From the NCBI GenBank assembly GCA_965223265.1, contig OZ244999.1:4960001-5024000 (forward strand): 64,000 bases of DNA, given 5' to 3'. The stretch comes from Planctomycetota bacterium. Its GTDB lineage: Bacteria > Planctomycetota > UBA8108 > SXIK01. Positions 61,901-64,000 of this stretch are shown here, in pieces. The position numbers and the translations under genes were made by a program. The notes under the pieces are model-generated. The model was not told the origin of the DNA. It searched no databases and worked only from the letters and a program-made list of their open reading frames with translations. The number at the start of each line of letters is the position of its first letter. Position 1 is the stretch's first letter.

Positions 61901-62137
61901 GCGCAAAAAGTAGACGTCGGCGACGGTCAGGTCGTCGACTGATCCCGCAGCGCCGTCAGAGTCGCGGAGGAGGGCACGCGCCTGATTCACATAGTCGAGG
62001 CGACGCGGATCGAGGCCTCGATCCCGCCAACACACCTCCACCTCCCAATAACCGGTGGCGTGAGAATCTTCACGTCCAGCTTCGGAAGAGCTCTCCGCCG
62101 TCGGATTCGCGAACTCACGTTCGTTCATGAACGTCAT
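59000..62137 (-). CDS. purL: FGAM synthase PurL with N-terminal PurS-like domains
   Basis: QTWSEHC.HK, KVETHNHPS, GRDGIHGA, DCGAGG, ISEAQERM, QYDHEV, SGKDSL and HDLSEGG. Confidence 0.96.
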   Translation of the reverse strand: MTFMNEREFANPTAESSSEAGREDSHATGYWEVEVCWRDRGLDPRRLDYVNQARALLRDSDGAAGSVDDLTVADVYFLRGSALSLECCERIASHLLCDTVVQEVRIFSPVKPRAASLEPGGGVATVLARPGVMDPAEESLLKGFRDLGVDGVSARTAVRFFVAGQLDAAAQRLIADKVFANPVIQEVHWDGSAASCVRPFQGGKRYEFVRRSVKLGGLTDAELEALSRTAGLALSLVEMVAIRDHYGALGRDPSDVELETIAQTWSEHCCHKTLTGRIEHVVPGRPNISIDNLLKQTIVRATREIDAPWCLSVFKDNAGVIAFDDDYGVSFKVETHNHPSAIEPYGGAGTGIGGVLRDTLGTGLGAKPILNTDVFCFGPPDLARSEVPPGALHPLRVLRGVVAGVRDYGNRMGIPTASGAVYFDRRYVGNPLVFCGSVGLIPRDAIDKEARPGDRIYVLGGRTGRDGIHGATFSSIELTEESEMSSSGAVQIGNAITEKKVLDVLLKARDARLYRCVTDCGAGGLSSAVGEMGEAIGASVELAKVPLKYEGLSYWEIWISEAQERMVLAVAPEDAERLEALAASEDVECTDIGSFTGDSRLHLSYDGQPVCDLSMEFLHGGRPNEVRASRWQSRPASSATLAQWQRDRRIPPEEVGVVLHQLIASPNIASKEWIIRQYDHEVQGGSVLKPLQGVREDGPGDGIAVTPRLGSKRGIVVGCGMNPCYGDLDPYAMAASAVDEALRNVVAAGGDPERTALLDNFCWGNTERPETLGSLVEAARGCSDAAIAFGTPFISGKDSLNNEFRVGDDTIQIPPTLLISALSIVPDVSGLISMDLKSPGSRVLLIGTTYAELGGSHFCRAALEASRDSLSHAPGPAAAAPDQVHLAVPQVRLDLAKRVHAVAHALTTSGLALSCHDLSEGGLGVAAAEMAFAGEVGLRIDLANVSSEGCVDDAELLWSESNSRYLVEVRAEDLEQALALAAEAPVAVVGETSESRRFVVTGRGGRTIVDEALEALRASWKRGLRLDVDAEVNGAAQGDAPHPER

Positions 62138-62702
62138 CCATATCCATGTAAGTCAACAACACTCGCTGTGAAGTGAAGTGCGACGCCGAAACGAGTGCGA
62201 CGCGAGGCTTCAGCAAAATCAAAAAGGATTCAAGACTGTCGTCGAGCGATCAGTGCAGCAGAGAGGCCCCCTCGAGGAGCACGCCGTGAGTCCAGACGCT
62301 TGTGCTGAGAACGCCGCGCCCCGGCGAGCACCCACTCAGTTCGCCTTCAAGATGCCGCGCACGAACCCAAAAAACCAATTCGGAAGTCGCCACGACTCAT
62401 AAGCAAGACTTATAACAGAAACTTGAGCTGGCGGTCTTCGCCGCGGCAGTTTACACCGCTTCTTGCTTGAATTTATCGCCCCGGCCTCCCATAAATGAAG
62501 TCGATCCGCTCCGACTCCCAGGCCGTCAGAAGCGGCAAGCTCCGTGCGCGATCACGTGGCTCGGGCTTGGTAGGGAGCTGTTTGTGGCCCGAGCGCCGTG
62601 AGCGGTGACGCGCCTCGACGACGGCAAGTCGTCTCGTCTTGAGAGGTGCAAGACGCACCGGGCGCGAGCAAAGAGGTGGAAGCAACGAGGTTGAAAGGCA
62701 GC

Positions 62703-63713
62703 ATGGCAACGCCCGCATACCGCGAAGGCCTTGAATTCGAGATGCCGATCCTCGAGCTCGAGGAGAAGATCGAAGAGCTGAAGCACTTCTCTCAGTCGAC
62801 GCAAGTCGACCTCTCCGACCAGATCCGCGAGCTTGAGCAGCGCTGCAACGAACGCAAACGGGCGATTTTCTCGAAGTTGACGCCGTGGCAAAAAGTGCTC
62901 ACGGCCCGCCATCCCAAGCGCCCCCTGACGAGCGATTACCTGCCTCTTCTCATCGACGATTTCGTCGAGCTGTTCGGGGACCGCGCCTTCCGCGACGACC
63001 CGGCCATCGTTTCCGGCTTCGGTCGTCTCAACGGCCGCCGCGTGTGCGTCATCGGCCAGCGCAAAGGGAAGTCAACGGCGGATAAGCTCGCCTGTAACTT
63101 CGGTTGTCCACACCCCGAGGGCTATCGCAAAGCCCTCCACAAGATGAAGTTGGCAGAGAAATTCGATCTACCAATTGTCACCTTCATCAACACTCCCGGT
63201 GCCTATCCTGGAGTCGGCGCCGAGGAACGCGGCCAGGCGTTCGTCATTGCGAAGAACCTCATGGAGATGGCCCGCCTGCGGGTGCCGGTCATCTCCGTCG
63301 TGATCGGCGAAGGCGGCAGCGGTGGCGCCCTTGGAATCGGCGTCGCAAACCGACTCCTGATGCTCGAACACAGCTACTACTCGGTGATCTCCCCCGAAGG
63401 CTGCGCTGCGATTCTTTGGAAGAGCTCCGACTTCAAGGAGAAGGCTGCGGAGATCCTCAAGCTGACAGCGCAGAACCTGCTGGAGTTCGGTATCGTCGAC
63501 GAGGTCGTGCCGGAACCGCTCGGCGGCGCGCACCGCGACCACAACGCCATGGCGCGGACGCTGAAGCAGGCGATCTCGACGCACCTCGAGGAGCTGGCAA
63601 AGCTGCCTGGCGAGGAGCTGATCTCGCAGCGCTATCGCAAGCTCAAAGGCATCGGAGTCTTCGTGGACGAGTCAAAGGCGTCCTCCGACGCCGCGGTGCG
63701 CTCGGCAGTTTAA
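62703..63713 (+). CDS. accA: Acetyl-CoA carboxylase carboxyltransferase alpha subunit
   Basis: LEFE.PI.ELE, ARHP.RP, GDR...DD, PEGYRKA, GEGGSGGAL, SVISPEGCA and PEPLGGAH; start ATG 62703. Confidence 0.96.
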   Translation: MATPAYREGLEFEMPILELEEKIEELKHFSQSTQVDLSDQIRELEQRCNERKRAIFSKLTPWQKVLTARHPKRPLTSDYLPLLIDDFVELFGDRAFRDDPAIVSGFGRLNGRRVCVIGQRKGKSTADKLACNFGCPHPEGYRKALHKMKLAEKFDLPIVTFINTPGAYPGVGAEERGQAFVIAKNLMEMARLRVPVISVVIGEGGSGGALGIGVANRLLMLEHSYYSVISPEGCAAILWKSSDFKEKAAEILKLTAQNLLEFGIVDEVVPEPLGGAHRDHNAMARTLKQAISTHLEELAKLPGEELISQRYRKLKGIGVFVDESKASSDAAVRSAV

Positions 63714-64000
63714 CAGCCTGTTAACCCGAATTGTCGCCGAACACCCCGTTTGGCGGTGGGCCCCGGGATCTCTGCCCCCCGCGGGGACGATCGGGGCCGC
63801 ACTCGTCGTCTTTCGAGAGCAGCCCGGGGAGCCGGTCGCCGCGAGCATTTCCACAGCGGAAATCCCCTTTCTCTCCACAGAGCCGCCGCTAAAATGGACT
63901 GTTTCCGATGACGCCGCTGTCGCCGAGGAGAGCTTCAGGCATGGTTAGGGTATGCCCCCACCCTGCTCCCCGCGTCAGTAGTTCAGCAGAACCGTCTCAA

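Noticed and set aside
62140-62700. ZTP/purine riboswitch upstream of purL
   Set aside because: Conserved GACTGGCG / GCCTGGGC elements were not found

Overview
GC-rich bacterial chromosomal DNA. It is probably from an uncultured Planctomycetota lineage; this is an inference from repeated C-terminal Cys-rich dockerin-like domains, a Tat-exported conserved hypothetical and a PurS-fused PurL. The left part (1-15.6 kb) carries an aryl-polyene-like / type II fatty-acid lipid gene set: FabG, a fused KS-CLF di-domain ketosynthase, a LpxL-type acyltransferase, a LolA-like carrier, an MMPL exporter, a lipoprotein and a hydrolase. This set is interrupted by glgB and repeat arrays. Next come aguBA and tRNA-fMet, then an accessory-looking block: a cytochrome c-GSDH fusion, a membrane protein/TPR/TPR-AAA operon, an enolase-superfamily enzyme, three secreted dockerin-like-domain proteins (one a lysyl oxidase), two aminotransferases, a CocE hydrolase, a Btu/Fec-type ABC transporter, a radical SAM protein, and a GGDEF protein with a pseudo-receiver. 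The right part holds core genes (accD, rpe, sigma54-driven type IV pilin, recJ, purQ/purL, accA). Intergenic DNA holds at least four repeat classes: a 150-180 bp MITE with copy-specific 4-bp target duplications, a second 230-270 bp TIR element, GTAG-type REPs and hexamer microsatellite/hairpin composites. There is also a ~303 bp tandem duplication of the recJ 3' end. No CRISPR, integrase, transposase or rRNA is visible. All calls are by motif recognition; no searches were run.
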